Notes: generated by a model from the sequence alone, not told the origin. A stretch of 64,000 nucleotides of DNA from Candidatus Pelagibacter sp. (GCA_045567255.1 JBJLDH010000007.1:14002-78001), one strand, 5' to 3'; shown: positions 41,184-50,318, counted from the first letter of the stretch. Made by a program: numbers and translations.

Positions 41184-43101
41184 TTAAATCTATTTTAAAA
41201 GTTGAATTTATTAATTTTACTTCACAAAGATTGTTTTTGCTATCATCTAATTTATTTTTTTTCTTTTTAAATATATTTTTTTTATCATGTTTAAAACCAT
41301 AATCATAAAGCTTAATTGCAATGTGCCCATTTATTCTGCGATCAGGCATATAAAAAATTACCTTTTCACAACTAGATAACTTTTTTTTATCTAAATACCA
41401 CTTAATTTCTTTTTTATAAATGGGATTAATTATTGAGGGAAAGTTATCAAATCTACCAATACCATCATTTATTGAAGTAAATTTATAAAAAGGAAAAATT
41501 AGCAATAAAATTAGTATAAAAATATTTAAACCGTATCTCTTTTTTCCTATTGTATTAATATTTATAGAAAGAAAAAGAAATATTACTGGTCCCAAATATG
41601 AATACAATTTTATTAGAGTCCAGTAATTATTGTTAATTAATAAAAATAAACTTAACCCAATAAAAATAAAAAAAAATGAACAAAAAATTAATTCTATTTT
41701 TGTAGAACAGCTAAAAATCTTTAAAAAGTTTCTTTTAAATAAAATTATTATATAGATATTCAAAAAAAGAGTGAAAAAAATGAAAATAATATCGATAAAA
41801 TTAATAACTTTACCAACAGTAAAAAAATATAATCCAAAAAAAGATGGTATTAAATTAAGAGGAATTAAATAATACCCATTTTTAAAAAAAAATTCTTTTA
41901 TATCAGGAAATAAAAGTGACAGTTTTTGATTATTTATAAATAAATTTTTTATTAAAATAATATTATCTTTTGTAACGATCTCCATGCTATCTCCTAGTAA
42001 AAAAAGTCCGTAATAACCCCAATAATCAATCTTAGAACTAGTAGCAATTTGAACCAACCTAATTACACCTTCATAATTAGTTGTATAACTAGGGATGGTT
42101 AACAATAGAAAAAAAATAAAGAGATAAAAAAATTTATATTTTTCAAGTTTTAAAACCTTTAAAAAATTTTTGTGTAAAAAAACAAATAATAAAAAAAATA
42201 ATGAAAAAATTAAAAAAAATTCAGGATAAAAAATGAATAAAGCAACACTTAGCAATAAAAATAATATTGAATCTGATCTACCTGGAAATATATTATTTAA
42301 TTTACTACTCAATAATATTCCTAACAAAGAAAGAAAAAGGGGAATAGACCCAAGATGTGATTGGGCATCAATTTCAAACACATATAATGTCCAAAAACTA
42401 AAAATATATACAAAAGATAAAAAATATTTTTTTTCAATCTTTATTTGTGAAACTAAAAAATAAAATGAATAAAATATTTGAATAATTAAAAAAACTTTAA
42501 ATAAATAATTTGTGAAAAAAAAACTATCTACTTTAAAGTAAAAAAGTTGAGCTAATAAAAAAGTTGAAACAGGTCTTATTAAAATATTAGCAGTTCCGTT
42601 GAATAATAAAATTTGAGAATGATCTTTGTTGATTTCTTTTAAGTTAATGATATCTGAGAATTGCAAGTCCTTTATTAAAATTCCAGAAGATATGTAGTTC
42701 ATATTATCCCAATAGTTGCCTCTAAAAATATAAAATTGCTCCCCAACAAATAAGGCGTAAATTACAAAAATTAAAAATATTGGTAGTGAAATTAAAGAAA
42801 TATTATAAAAATCAAAAAAGAATTTTTTTTTTTCTTTTAGGGTAAGAAATATAAGGAATGATGCGCTTATAAAAATAAATATTATTTCTCCAATGTATAG
42901 ATTAAGATTAATATATAAATAATAGGAAATGATAATTATTATTCCATAGCCCAAAACTGGTTTAAGATATTTTACAGATCCCAATACAGATCTTTGATAA
43001 AACTTTTCAATAATATTAATAAAAAAATGGCCAAATATAAAACAAATAAAAAGAAGTATTCCAAAAGAAAGTACTGATTGTGAAAAAATAAAAAAGTGCA
43101 T
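41170..43101 (-). CDS. Large polytopic membrane protein, putative GT-C glycosyltransferase
   Basis: Many hydrophobic segments, an acidic loop motif RGNYWD after the first TMs, RP and YPE motifs. Overlaps the GtrB-like gene. Confidence 0.5.
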   Translation of the reverse strand: MHFFIFSQSVLSFGILLFICFIFGHFFINIIEKFYQRSVLGSVKYLKPVLGYGIIIIISYYLYINLNLYIGEIIFIFISASFLIFLTLKEKKKFFFDFYNISLISLPIFLIFVIYALFVGEQFYIFRGNYWDNMNYISSGILIKDLQFSDIINLKEINKDHSQILLFNGTANILIRPVSTFLLAQLFYFKVDSFFFTNYLFKVFLIIQIFYSFYFLVSQIKIEKKYFLSFVYIFSFWTLYVFEIDAQSHLGSIPLFLSLLGILLSSKLNNIFPGRSDSILFLLLSVALFIFYPEFFLIFSLFFLLFVFLHKNFLKVLKLEKYKFFYLFIFFLLLTIPSYTTNYEGVIRLVQIATSSKIDYWGYYGLFLLGDSMEIVTKDNIILIKNLFINNQKLSLLFPDIKEFFFKNGYYLIPLNLIPSFFGLYFFTVGKVINFIDIIFIFFTLFLNIYIIILFKRNFLKIFSCSTKIELIFCSFFFIFIGLSLFLLINNNYWTLIKLYSYLGPVIFLFLSININTIGKKRYGLNIFILILLLIFPFYKFTSINDGIGRFDNFPSIINPIYKKEIKWYLDKKKLSSCEKVIFYMPDRRINGHIAIKLYDYGFKHDKKNIFKKKKNKLDDSKNNLCEVKLINSTFKIDLNAKY

Positions 43102-43198
43102 AAAAATAAAGATTTAATTTACATATTTATATCATAAATCGAGTATAATAGATTAAATTCGTTAAAGAAATTTTAAAAATTTCTAACATTTTATTTTT

Positions 43199-44155
43199 AT
43201 GATTATACAAACTTTAGTTATTGTAATTTTTAACATTATAATAATTAATTTTTTTCACAAAATTACAAATTTTTTAAATGTATTTGATAATCCAGACAGT
43301 AAAAGAAAAATACATAATAAAAAAGTAGCTTCAGTAGGAGGGTTTATTATTTTTTTTAATTTATCTTTATTTTTTTTTTTAGAAAATGATTTAAGTGAAT
43401 ATAAAATATTATGGACTTTTGCATTTATTATATTTTTAATTGGTTTTTTAGATGACAAATTTAAGATAAATGCGAATTTAAAATTTTTTTTATTTATAAT
43501 ATTTGCTTACTTATTATTTAAAACAAATGATAATTTAATATTAAGAGATTTAAATTTTTCATTTTTAAATGATAATATAACTTTAGGAAAATTTTCGTTA
43601 ATTTTTAGTATTTTTTCTTTAATTATATTTATGAATGCCTTCAACATGTTTGATGGAATTAATTTACAGGCATCTCTTTACTCAATTTTTATATTTTTAA
43701 TTTTTATATCTAAAAATTATTTTACAAACTTTTCTATTATAATAATAATTTCATTAACTTTTTTTTTATATTTAAACTATAAAAACATTTGTTTTTTAGG
43801 TGACTCTGGCTCTTTACTAATTGCCTTTTTGATTTCATATATATTTATTAATTCTGCAACTAAAAATATTTTTTTTGCGGATGAGATTTTTTTAATTATG
43901 TTGTTACCTGGAGTTGAGTTAATAAGATTATTTTTTTCCAGAATAATGAAAAAAAAAAGTCCTTTTAGCCCTGATAATAACCATCTTCATCATTATCTAA
44001 TTAAAAATTTAGGTTTGATAAAAACAAATTTTTCAGTGATTTCTGTGACTGTTTCCCTTTATTTAATTGCATTATCTATAAATTATTTTCCAATATCTAT
44101 TTTTATAGGAGTAATTTTTTATTTTTTTATTTTGTTTTATCTCCAAAAAAAATGA
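43199..44155 (+). CDS. MraY/WecA-family undecaprenyl-phosphate sugar-1-P transferase
   Basis: DNPDSKRKIH, GFLDD, NAFNMFDGIN, FLGDSGS, PDNNHLHH. Confidence 0.9.
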   Translation: MIIQTLVIVIFNIIIINFFHKITNFLNVFDNPDSKRKIHNKKVASVGGFIIFFNLSLFFFLENDLSEYKILWTFAFIIFLIGFLDDKFKINANLKFFLFIIFAYLLFKTNDNLILRDLNFSFLNDNITLGKFSLIFSIFSLIIFMNAFNMFDGINLQASLYSIFIFLIFISKNYFTNFSIIIIISLTFFLYLNYKNICFLGDSGSLLIAFLISYIFINSATKNIFFADEIFLIMLLPGVELIRLFFSRIMKKKSPFSPDNNHLHHYLIKNLGLIKTNFSVISVTVSLYLIALSINYFPISIFIGVIFYFFILFYLQKK

Positions 44156-44242
44156 ATTTTTCAAATATTTGAATAATTTTGATGTTTTAAAACAAAAAAA
44201 AGTCAAAAAATAAGGTTAAATTTTAAATTATATTATTAAATA

Positions 44243-44271
44243 TTGCGAAATTATAATTTTTATTATATTAA
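44243..44271 (+). promoter_or_regulatory. Candidate sigma70 promoter for the stand-alone 5S rRNA
   Basis: TTGCGA-N17-TATTAA ending about 6 nt before the 5S 5' end. The AT-rich background makes this weak. Confidence 0.35.
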
Positions 44272-44277
44272 TTCGTT

Positions 44278-44393
44278 GCCTGGTGATTATTGCGAAAGGG
44301 TTATACCCGATCCCATTCCGAACTCGGAAGTCAAGCCTTTCTGCGCCGATGGTACTTTGTCTTAAGACATGGAAGAGTAGGACATTGCCAGGC
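44278..44393 (+). rRNA. rrf: 5S rRNA, detached from 16S-23S
   Basis: GCCTGGTG...CCCGATCCCATTCCGAACTCGGAAGTCAAGC...GCCGATGGTACT...GAGTAGGACATTGCCAGGC, with complementary termini. Confidence 0.97.
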
Positions 44394-44403
44394 TAAAATC
44401 CAA

Positions 44404-45282
44404 ATGAAAAATATAATTGTTGTAACTGGCGGTGCTGGGTTTGTGGGTTCAAACTTAATCGAACTATTACTAAAAAAGACTAAAAAAAAAATTTTAAGTA
44501 TAGATAACTATTCAAGTGGTTCAAAAAAAAATCATATAAAAAATTATAGAGTAAAATATTTGATAGGTAATACATCAAATATTAATAATTTATTGTTGAA
44601 ATATAAAAATAGAATTAATTCATTATTTCATTTTGGTGAGTTTTCAAGAATTTATCAAAGTTTTAAAAAATTTGACAAATGTTTCTATTCAAATTCAATA
44701 GGTAGCAAAGCCGTATTTAAGTTTTGCCTTGATAATAAAATAAAGATTATTTATTCAGCTACATCAGCCAGCCTAGGGAACAATGGAAAAGATAAAAACC
44801 TTTCTCCCTACGCCTTTACAAAAGCTAAAAATCTTGAATTATTAGGAAATCTTAAAAAATGGTTTAATTTCAAATATGAAATAGTCTACTTTTATAATGT
44901 TTATGGTCCTCGCCATATTAAAAAAGGAGAAATGGCCACAGTTATAGGTATATTTGAAGAACAATTTAAAAAAGGAAAACCCCTATCAGTAGTAAAACCG
45001 GGCACACAAACAAGAAGATTTACACACATTTATGATACAGTTGATGTCTGTTATGAAGCTTGGAAAAAAAATAAATGTGCTCACTATAGTATTTCACATA
45101 AAAAAACATATTCTATCAATAATGTCGCCAAAATGTTTAAAAACAAGATAATTTATCTTAATCCAAGAGCTGGAGAGAGATATGCATCTGCATTAACTAA
45201 CATTTCTTTAGATGCAAGAATTATCAAAAGATATGGAAAAATAAATTTGAAAGATTACATAACTTCCTTTATTAAGATGTAA
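44404..45282 (+). CDS. NAD-dependent epimerase/dehydratase
   Basis: True start is ATG 44404 ([17 protein letters not shown]); SPYAFTK, FYNVYGP. The track ORF from 44290 reads through the 5S rRNA. Confidence 0.85.
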   Translation: MKNIIVVTGGAGFVGSNLIELLLKKTKKKILSIDNYSSGSKKNHIKNYRVKYLIGNTSNINNLLLKYKNRINSLFHFGEFSRIYQSFKKFDKCFYSNSIGSKAVFKFCLDNKIKIIYSATSASLGNNGKDKNLSPYAFTKAKNLELLGNLKKWFNFKYEIVYFYNVYGPRHIKKGEMATVIGIFEEQFKKGKPLSVVKPGTQTRRFTHIYDTVDVCYEAWKKNKCAHYSISHKKTYSINNVAKMFKNKIIYLNPRAGERYASALTNISLDARIIKRYGKINLKDYITSFIKM

Positions 45283-45287
45283 AAAAT

Positions 45288-45413
45288 ATGAAAATAAAAA
45301 GTTCTTTAAAATCTCTAAAAAAAAGAGACCTGAATTCAAAATTGGTTAGAAGAAGAGGAAGAGTATATATAATTAATAAAACTAATCCAAAATTCAAAGC
45401 AAGACAAAAATAA
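45288..45413 (+). CDS. rpmJ: 50S ribosomal protein L36 (Cys-free type)
   Basis: Manually read: [41 protein letters not shown]. Confidence 0.93.
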   Translation: MKIKSSLKSLKKRDLNSKLVRRRGRVYIINKTNPKFKARQK

Positions 45414-45429
45414 AATCTTATTAATAAAA

Positions 45430-45525
45430 AACTTCAAACATACGGAGTAATTTATTAATTTCGTGTTGTGTGGAACTGTCGCGGTTATAACGATTAAGGT
45501 TTTAATGATGATTTTCTTATTATAA
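45430..45525 (+). pseudogene. Possible remnant of aa3-type cytochrome c oxidase subunit IV
   Basis: In-frame NFKHTE*FINFVLCGTVAVITIKVLMMIFLL* with an internal stop and no upstream start. Lies directly upstream of pntA. Confidence 0.45.
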
Positions 45526-45534
45526 TTTGTATTT

Positions 45535-46623
45535 ATGAGAATTGTTTCTATTTCAGAAAAAAAAAATATTGAAAAAAGAATTGCCATTACCCCGGAGATT
45601 GCAAAAAAATATTTATCAATTGGCTTTGAATTATCTTTATCCGAAAATTATGGCAATCATCTAGGTTTTAGAGATAATGATTATAAAGAGCTTGGTGTTA
45701 AATTTTCAGCAAATGATAAAGAAATTATAGAAAGCGCCGATATAATTATTCAATTAGGATTACCATCTGAAGATAAACTTTCATTTTTTAAAGAAAATCA
45801 AACATTAATAGGAGTTTTAAATCCATATTTAAATAAAGAAAAAATAAACACTTTAATAAATAGAAAAATTAATAACTTTTCTCTTGAGTTATTACCAAGA
45901 ATTACAAGAGCTCAATCAATGGACATTCTTTCTTCCCAAGCCAACTTGGCTGGGTATAAGGCAGTAATAGAGTCTTTTGCAAATTTTGAGAAAGCTATAC
46001 CAATGATGATGACTGCGGCAGGAACGGTCCCAGCTGCAAAAGTTTTAGTTGTTGGAGCTGGAGTTGCTGGTTTACAAGCTATCGCAACTGCAAAAAGAAT
46101 GGGTGCAATTGTTTTTGCCACAGATGTAAGAATGGCATCAAAAGAGCAAGTTGAAAGTTTAGGAGGAAAATTTTTAACTTTAGAAGGTGTAGAAAATCTT
46201 GAGACAGAAGGAGGTTACGCGAAAGAGGCATCGAATGATTTTAAAAAGAAACAAGAAGATTTGTTGAGTGAAACGCTAAGAAAAATTGATATTGTAATTT
46301 GCACAGCTTTGATTCAAGGCAAAAAAGCACCAGTTATTATCAAAGAAAAAATGATCAATAATATGCAGGCAGGGTCTATAATTTATGACTTAGCCGCTAT
46401 CCAAGGAGGAAATACTGATCTTACCGAAGTTGATAAAATAGTCGAAAAGAATGGTGTGAAAATTATGGGAGAAATGAATATTCTTAATAAACTACCAATC
46501 TCAGCCTCAGCTTTATACGCAAAAAATGTATTTAATTTTGTCTCAAATTTATTAGATAAAGATAAAAATAAAATTAATATTAATTTAGAAGATGAAATAA
46601 TTAATAAAACATTGATAAAATAA
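45535..46623 (+). CDS. pntA: NAD(P) transhydrogenase alpha subunit part 1
   Basis: PRITRAQSMDILSSQANLAGYKAV, GAGVAGLQAIATAKRMGA. Confidence 0.97.
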   Translation: MRIVSISEKKNIEKRIAITPEIAKKYLSIGFELSLSENYGNHLGFRDNDYKELGVKFSANDKEIIESADIIIQLGLPSEDKLSFFKENQTLIGVLNPYLNKEKINTLINRKINNFSLELLPRITRAQSMDILSSQANLAGYKAVIESFANFEKAIPMMMTAAGTVPAAKVLVVGAGVAGLQAIATAKRMGAIVFATDVRMASKEQVESLGGKFLTLEGVENLETEGGYAKEASNDFKKKQEDLLSETLRKIDIVICTALIQGKKAPVIIKEKMINNMQAGSIIYDLAAIQGGNTDLTEVDKIVEKNGVKIMGEMNILNKLPISASALYAKNVFNFVSNLLDKDKNKININLEDEIINKTLIK

Positions 46624-46627
46624 AATT

Positions 46628-46936
46628 ATGGAAATAGATCCTTTTATATTTAGATTAAGCATATTCATTCTTACAATATTTGTTGGGTATTATGTGGTCT
46701 GGAGCGTAACACCGTCTTTACACACTCCTTTAATGTCAGTTACAAACGCGATCTCTTCAGTGATTATAGTTGGCGCAATCATAGCAGGATTAGCTGGTAA
46801 TTCTGAAAGTGTTTTCAATACTTCAAGTATTTTTGGTTTTTTAGCAATTTCACTGGCAGCAATAAATATTTTTGGTGGATTTTTAGTCACTCAAAGAATG
46901 TTGGCCATGTATAAGAAAAAGAAAAAGGATAAATAA
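46628..46936 (+). CDS. pntA: NAD(P) transhydrogenase alpha subunit part 2
   Basis: VTPSLHTPLMSVTNAISS, NIFGGFLVTQRML. Confidence 0.97.
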   Translation: MEIDPFIFRLSIFILTIFVGYYVVWSVTPSLHTPLMSVTNAISSVIIVGAIIAGLAGNSESVFNTSSIFGFLAISLAAINIFGGFLVTQRMLAMYKKKKKDK

Positions 46937-48333
46937 TGATATCAGCAAATTTATCAGCCATTTTTTATTTAATTTCAGGTGTCTTATTTATTTTAGCATT
47001 AAGGGGCTTATCTTCCCCAGAAACATCTCGACGAGGAAATTTCTTTGGCATTATAGGAATGATCATTGCAATTGCAGTAACCTTTCTCTCTATTGGAAAT
47101 TTTTCAAGCGGGTTAATTTTTGTTTTAATTTTTCTTTTAATAGGTGGTCTAGTAGGTGCATTTATTGCATATAAAATTCCTATGACAGCAATGCCTGAGC
47201 TTGTTGCAGGTTTTCATAGTCTCGTCGGCCTTGCGGCAGTGTTTGTAGCTATCTCAGCGTTTTTAAATCCTAGCGCTTTTAATCTTGGTTCACCAGGAAA
47301 TATTAGGCTTGGAAGTTTAATTGAAATGTCTATTGGAGCCGCAGTTGGTGCAATAACTTTTTCTGGTTCAGTAATTGCATTTTTAAAACTTCAAGGAATC
47401 ATGTCAGGATCCCCAATAATATTCAAAGGTCAACACCCACTTAATGCATTAATACTTATTTCGATTGTAGTATTAATATACTTGCTTTGCTCGACACAGT
47501 CCTCAAATTTATTTTGGATATTGTTGTCAGTATCTTTTTTAATCGGTTTTTTGTTAATAATTCCAATTGGAGGCGCAGATATGCCAGTGGTAATTTCCAT
47601 GCTTAATTCATATTCTGGTTGGGCCGCAGCAGGAATTGGTTTTACCTTAGAAAATACTGCATTAATAATTACTGGAGCTTTAGTAGGTTCATCAGGTGCA
47701 ATTTTATCTTATATCATGTGCAAAGGAATGAACCGTTCATTCTTTAACGTAATTTTAGGAGGATTTGGAGCAACAGATCAATCTTCTGTTTCACAAAATA
47801 AAGAACAAAAACCAGTTAAGAGCGGTAATGCTGAAGATGCAGCTTTTTTAATGAAGAATGCATCGTCTGTTATAATAGTACCAGGTTATGGTATGGCAGT
47901 GGCTCAAGCACAACACGCTTTAAGAGAAATGGTAGACACATTAAAAAAAAATGAAATTAAAGTTTCTTACGCTATACATCCAGTTGCCGGCAGAATGCCT
48001 GGGCATATGAATGTTTTATTAGCAGAGGCAAATGTACCATATGATGAAGTTTTTGAACTAGAAGAAATAAACAATGATTTTGCTAATGCCGATGTAGCAT
48101 TTGTTATAGGTGCTAATGATGTGACAAATCCAGTTGCAAAAACAGATCCACAAAGTCCGATTTATGGAATGCCTGTTCTAGATGTTGAGAAATGTAAATC
48201 TGTATTGTTTGTGAAGAGAAGTCTTTCTCCTGGTTACGCAGGAATTGATAATGATTTATTTTATAAAGAAAATACCTTGATGTTATTTGCAGATGCTAAA
48301 AAAATGACTGAAGATATAACTAAAAATTTATAA
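46936..48333 (+). CDS. pntB: NAD(P) transhydrogenase beta subunit
   Basis: MPELVAGFHSLVG, GGADMPVVISMLNSYSG, HPVAGRMPGHMNVLLAEA. Confidence 0.98.
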   Translation: MISANLSAIFYLISGVLFILALRGLSSPETSRRGNFFGIIGMIIAIAVTFLSIGNFSSGLIFVLIFLLIGGLVGAFIAYKIPMTAMPELVAGFHSLVGLAAVFVAISAFLNPSAFNLGSPGNIRLGSLIEMSIGAAVGAITFSGSVIAFLKLQGIMSGSPIIFKGQHPLNALILISIVVLIYLLCSTQSSNLFWILLSVSFLIGFLLIIPIGGADMPVVISMLNSYSGWAAAGIGFTLENTALIITGALVGSSGAILSYIMCKGMNRSFFNVILGGFGATDQSSVSQNKEQKPVKSGNAEDAAFLMKNASSVIIVPGYGMAVAQAQHALREMVDTLKKNEIKVSYAIHPVAGRMPGHMNVLLAEANVPYDEVFELEEINNDFANADVAFVIGANDVTNPVAKTDPQSPIYGMPVLDVEKCKSVLFVKRSLSPGYAGIDNDLFYKENTLMLFADAKKMTEDITKNL

Positions 48334-48360
48334 ATCTAATTTTAAATCTATTTAATAAAT

Positions 48361-49086
48361 TTAATCGATTTTTTTATATGATAAACCTATACATAAATTC
48401 AAATTTATCATTGGAATTTTGAATGGAAAGAATTTTTTGTCTATATTTTTAAATTTTTCTTCTATAATCCCAATAATTTCATCAGGTTTATTTATGTGCT
48501 CACGCTTTATAAATTTATTATAATCTTTTTTATATTTTTTTTCAAAAATTCTTTTAGCTGAAATATTTCTACATATATTGTAAATAAAACCAGGGTCACA
48601 GGGTATTACAACTTGAAATATTCCATCTCTTTTTAAAAGTCTATAAATTTCATCAATACATGAAGGTAAATTATTCAAGTGTTCTAATATGTGAATTGCG
48701 TGTATTCTGTCAAAATAATTTTCTTCAAAAGGCATTCTCTTTTGAATATCAGATAATAAAATTTTAATATTTTTATTTTTTTTTTTGACTTCTTTAAGAA
48801 CATTTTCTCTTATATCTACCACATGATAATTTTGAAAACTTAAATCTTCATAATCTATATGAGATCCAATTCCACACCCAAGCTCAAGGGTATTAATATT
48901 TTTTTTTAAATTCTCCTTTGAAAAAGATTTAATACTATATTTGTGATTAAAATTTTCGATTAAATTATATTTTTTTTTGTTTAGTTCTTGTAACCAAATT
49001 TTAACAAAATCATCATGTATTATTTTGTCTTCTTTGCTAAGATCTGGTATAATTTTAGGAAAATTATTTCTATAATTTGAAGCCAT
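48361..49086 (-). CDS. Class I SAM-dependent methyltransferase
   Basis: LELGCGIG, FDRIHAIHILEHL, GIFQVVIP. Likely start is ATG 49086. Confidence 0.85.
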   Translation of the reverse strand: MASNYRNNFPKIIPDLSKEDKIIHDDFVKIWLQELNKKKYNLIENFNHKYSIKSFSKENLKKNINTLELGCGIGSHIDYEDLSFQNYHVVDIRENVLKEVKKKNKNIKILLSDIQKRMPFEENYFDRIHAIHILEHLNNLPSCIDEIYRLLKRDGIFQVVIPCDPGFIYNICRNISAKRIFEKKYKKDYNKFIKREHINKPDEIIGIIEEKFKNIDKKFFPFKIPMINLNLCIGLSYKKID

Positions 49087-49093
49087 AGTAAAA

Positions 49094-49972
49094 TTATTTA
49101 ATTTTTCTTGCACAAATATAACATCTTATTCCAAATGGAAGGTATATTTTTTGTAATTTTTTTTCAATATTGAATAAAATTTTTAATAATAGGTTATTTG
49201 AAGCTTTAGCCTGTTTAACAACTATATTTTTATCTTTAAAAAACTTATTAAATAATTTTACAATAACAAACAATGGAAAAACTAAAAATCCAAGGTGTGT
49301 TTTTTTTTCTATTTTAAATCCTGCGTTTATAAGTTTTTTCTCAATGTCTTTCATATTATATCTTCTAAAGTGCAAAAGTTTCTTATCATACTCATCATAT
49401 AAAAATTTACCTGAAGGAACTTCTATGATTAAAATTCCATTATTATTTAAAATCTTGTTTGCTTCTAATAAAGCTTTGTTATCATCTTTTATATGTTCTA
49501 AAACATTAAGCATTATAAGGACATCACATATGCTTTTTTTAAATGGGTTTTTTAATAAATCAAAAATTATAAAAGGTACATTTTTATATTCATTTGTTAG
49601 CTTGTAAATATGACTTTTTATGGCGTCAGAACCGATATAATAGTATTTTTTTAATTGGGTGATGTTTTTTATTAGATTTCCGCTTGAACATCCAATTTCT
49701 AAAACTATTTTATCTTTGCTTTGATCATATTTTTTTAAATATTCTATACAAAATTCTCTAGAAGCAAAATCAATGGGATGATTTATATCAATATGTAGAT
49801 GTGCCATTTCTGTAAGTTCATCTGTCCATCCTTCTTGATTTTCAGAAAATTCTAAAACTCTTTTCTTTTCATATTTATTATTTAGGTTTTCAAAATTTCC
49901 ATTTTTAAAAATAAAATTTTGATTATTATTTTCTGGGTGTGGAAATAAATGATAATTATTACTATTGCTCAT
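49094..49972 (-). CDS. Class I SAM-dependent methyltransferase
   Basis: LEIGCSSG, LNVLEHIKDD, IIEVP, HFRRY. ATG at 49972, 3 nt after the tRNA CCA. Confidence 0.85.
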   Translation of the reverse strand: MSNSNNYHLFPHPENNNQNFIFKNGNFENLNNKYEKKRVLEFSENQEGWTDELTEMAHLHIDINHPIDFASREFCIEYLKKYDQSKDKIVLEIGCSSGNLIKNITQLKKYYYIGSDAIKSHIYKLTNEYKNVPFIIFDLLKNPFKKSICDVLIMLNVLEHIKDDNKALLEANKILNNNGILIIEVPSGKFLYDEYDKKLLHFRRYNMKDIEKKLINAGFKIEKKTHLGFLVFPLFVIVKLFNKFFKDKNIVVKQAKASNNLLLKILFNIEKKLQKIYLPFGIRCYICARKIK

Positions 49973-49975
49973 TTT

Positions 49976-50052
49976 TGGTTGCGGGGGACGGATTTGAACC
50001 GCCGACCTCAAGGTTATGAGCCTTGCGAGCTACCAGGCTGCTCCACCCCGCG
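49976..50052 (-). tRNA. tRNA-Met(CAU), initiator type
   Basis: CGCGGGGTGGAGCAGCCTGGTAGCTCGCAAGGCTCATAACCTTGAGGTCGGCGGTTCAAATCCGTCCCCCGCAACCA, with C1:A72 mismatch and encoded CCA. Confidence 0.97.
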
Positions 50053-50056
50053 ATAA

Positions 50057-50251
50057 TTAAATCCTATTTTTTAGCTTATTAAGCTTTTTAACTCTTTTAA
50101 TATTTTCTTGAAGTATCCTTTTTTTTTTCTCTGAAGGTTTTTCATATGTGTTTTTTAATTTTATAATTTTAAAAAAACCATCCCGTTGAAGTTTTCTTTT
50201 CAAAACCCTCAACGCTTGCTCTATATTATTATCTTTGACTTCTATTTTAAT
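50057..50251 (-). CDS. rpsU: 30S ribosomal protein S21
   Basis: KIEVKDNNIEQALRVLKRKLQRDG...YEKPSEKK. Start is probably ATT 50251 (alternative TTG 50263). Confidence 0.95.
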   Translation of the reverse strand: MKIEVKDNNIEQALRVLKRKLQRDGFFKIIKLKNTYEKPSEKKKRILQENIKRVKKLNKLKNRI

Positions 50252-50318
50252 AACATCCTCCAAAAAATGAAATTAGATATCACTTTAAAAATTGTTTGTC
50301 TATTATAAATCATATTTA

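Noticed and set aside
44290-44403. N-terminal extension of the epimerase ORF (MRKGYTRSHS...)
   Set aside because: It is a read-through of the 5S rRNA sequence. The Rossmann motif begins at ATG 44404.
48331-48365. Short imperfect TAAATCTA repeats as an att site of the methyltransferase insert
   Set aside because: Low-complexity AT sequence with no match to the tRNA 3' end and no integrase nearby.
49973-50011. N-terminal extension of the methyltransferase ORF (MRSAVQIRPPQPK)
   Set aside because: It is translated tRNA-fMet sequence. The real start is ATG 49972.
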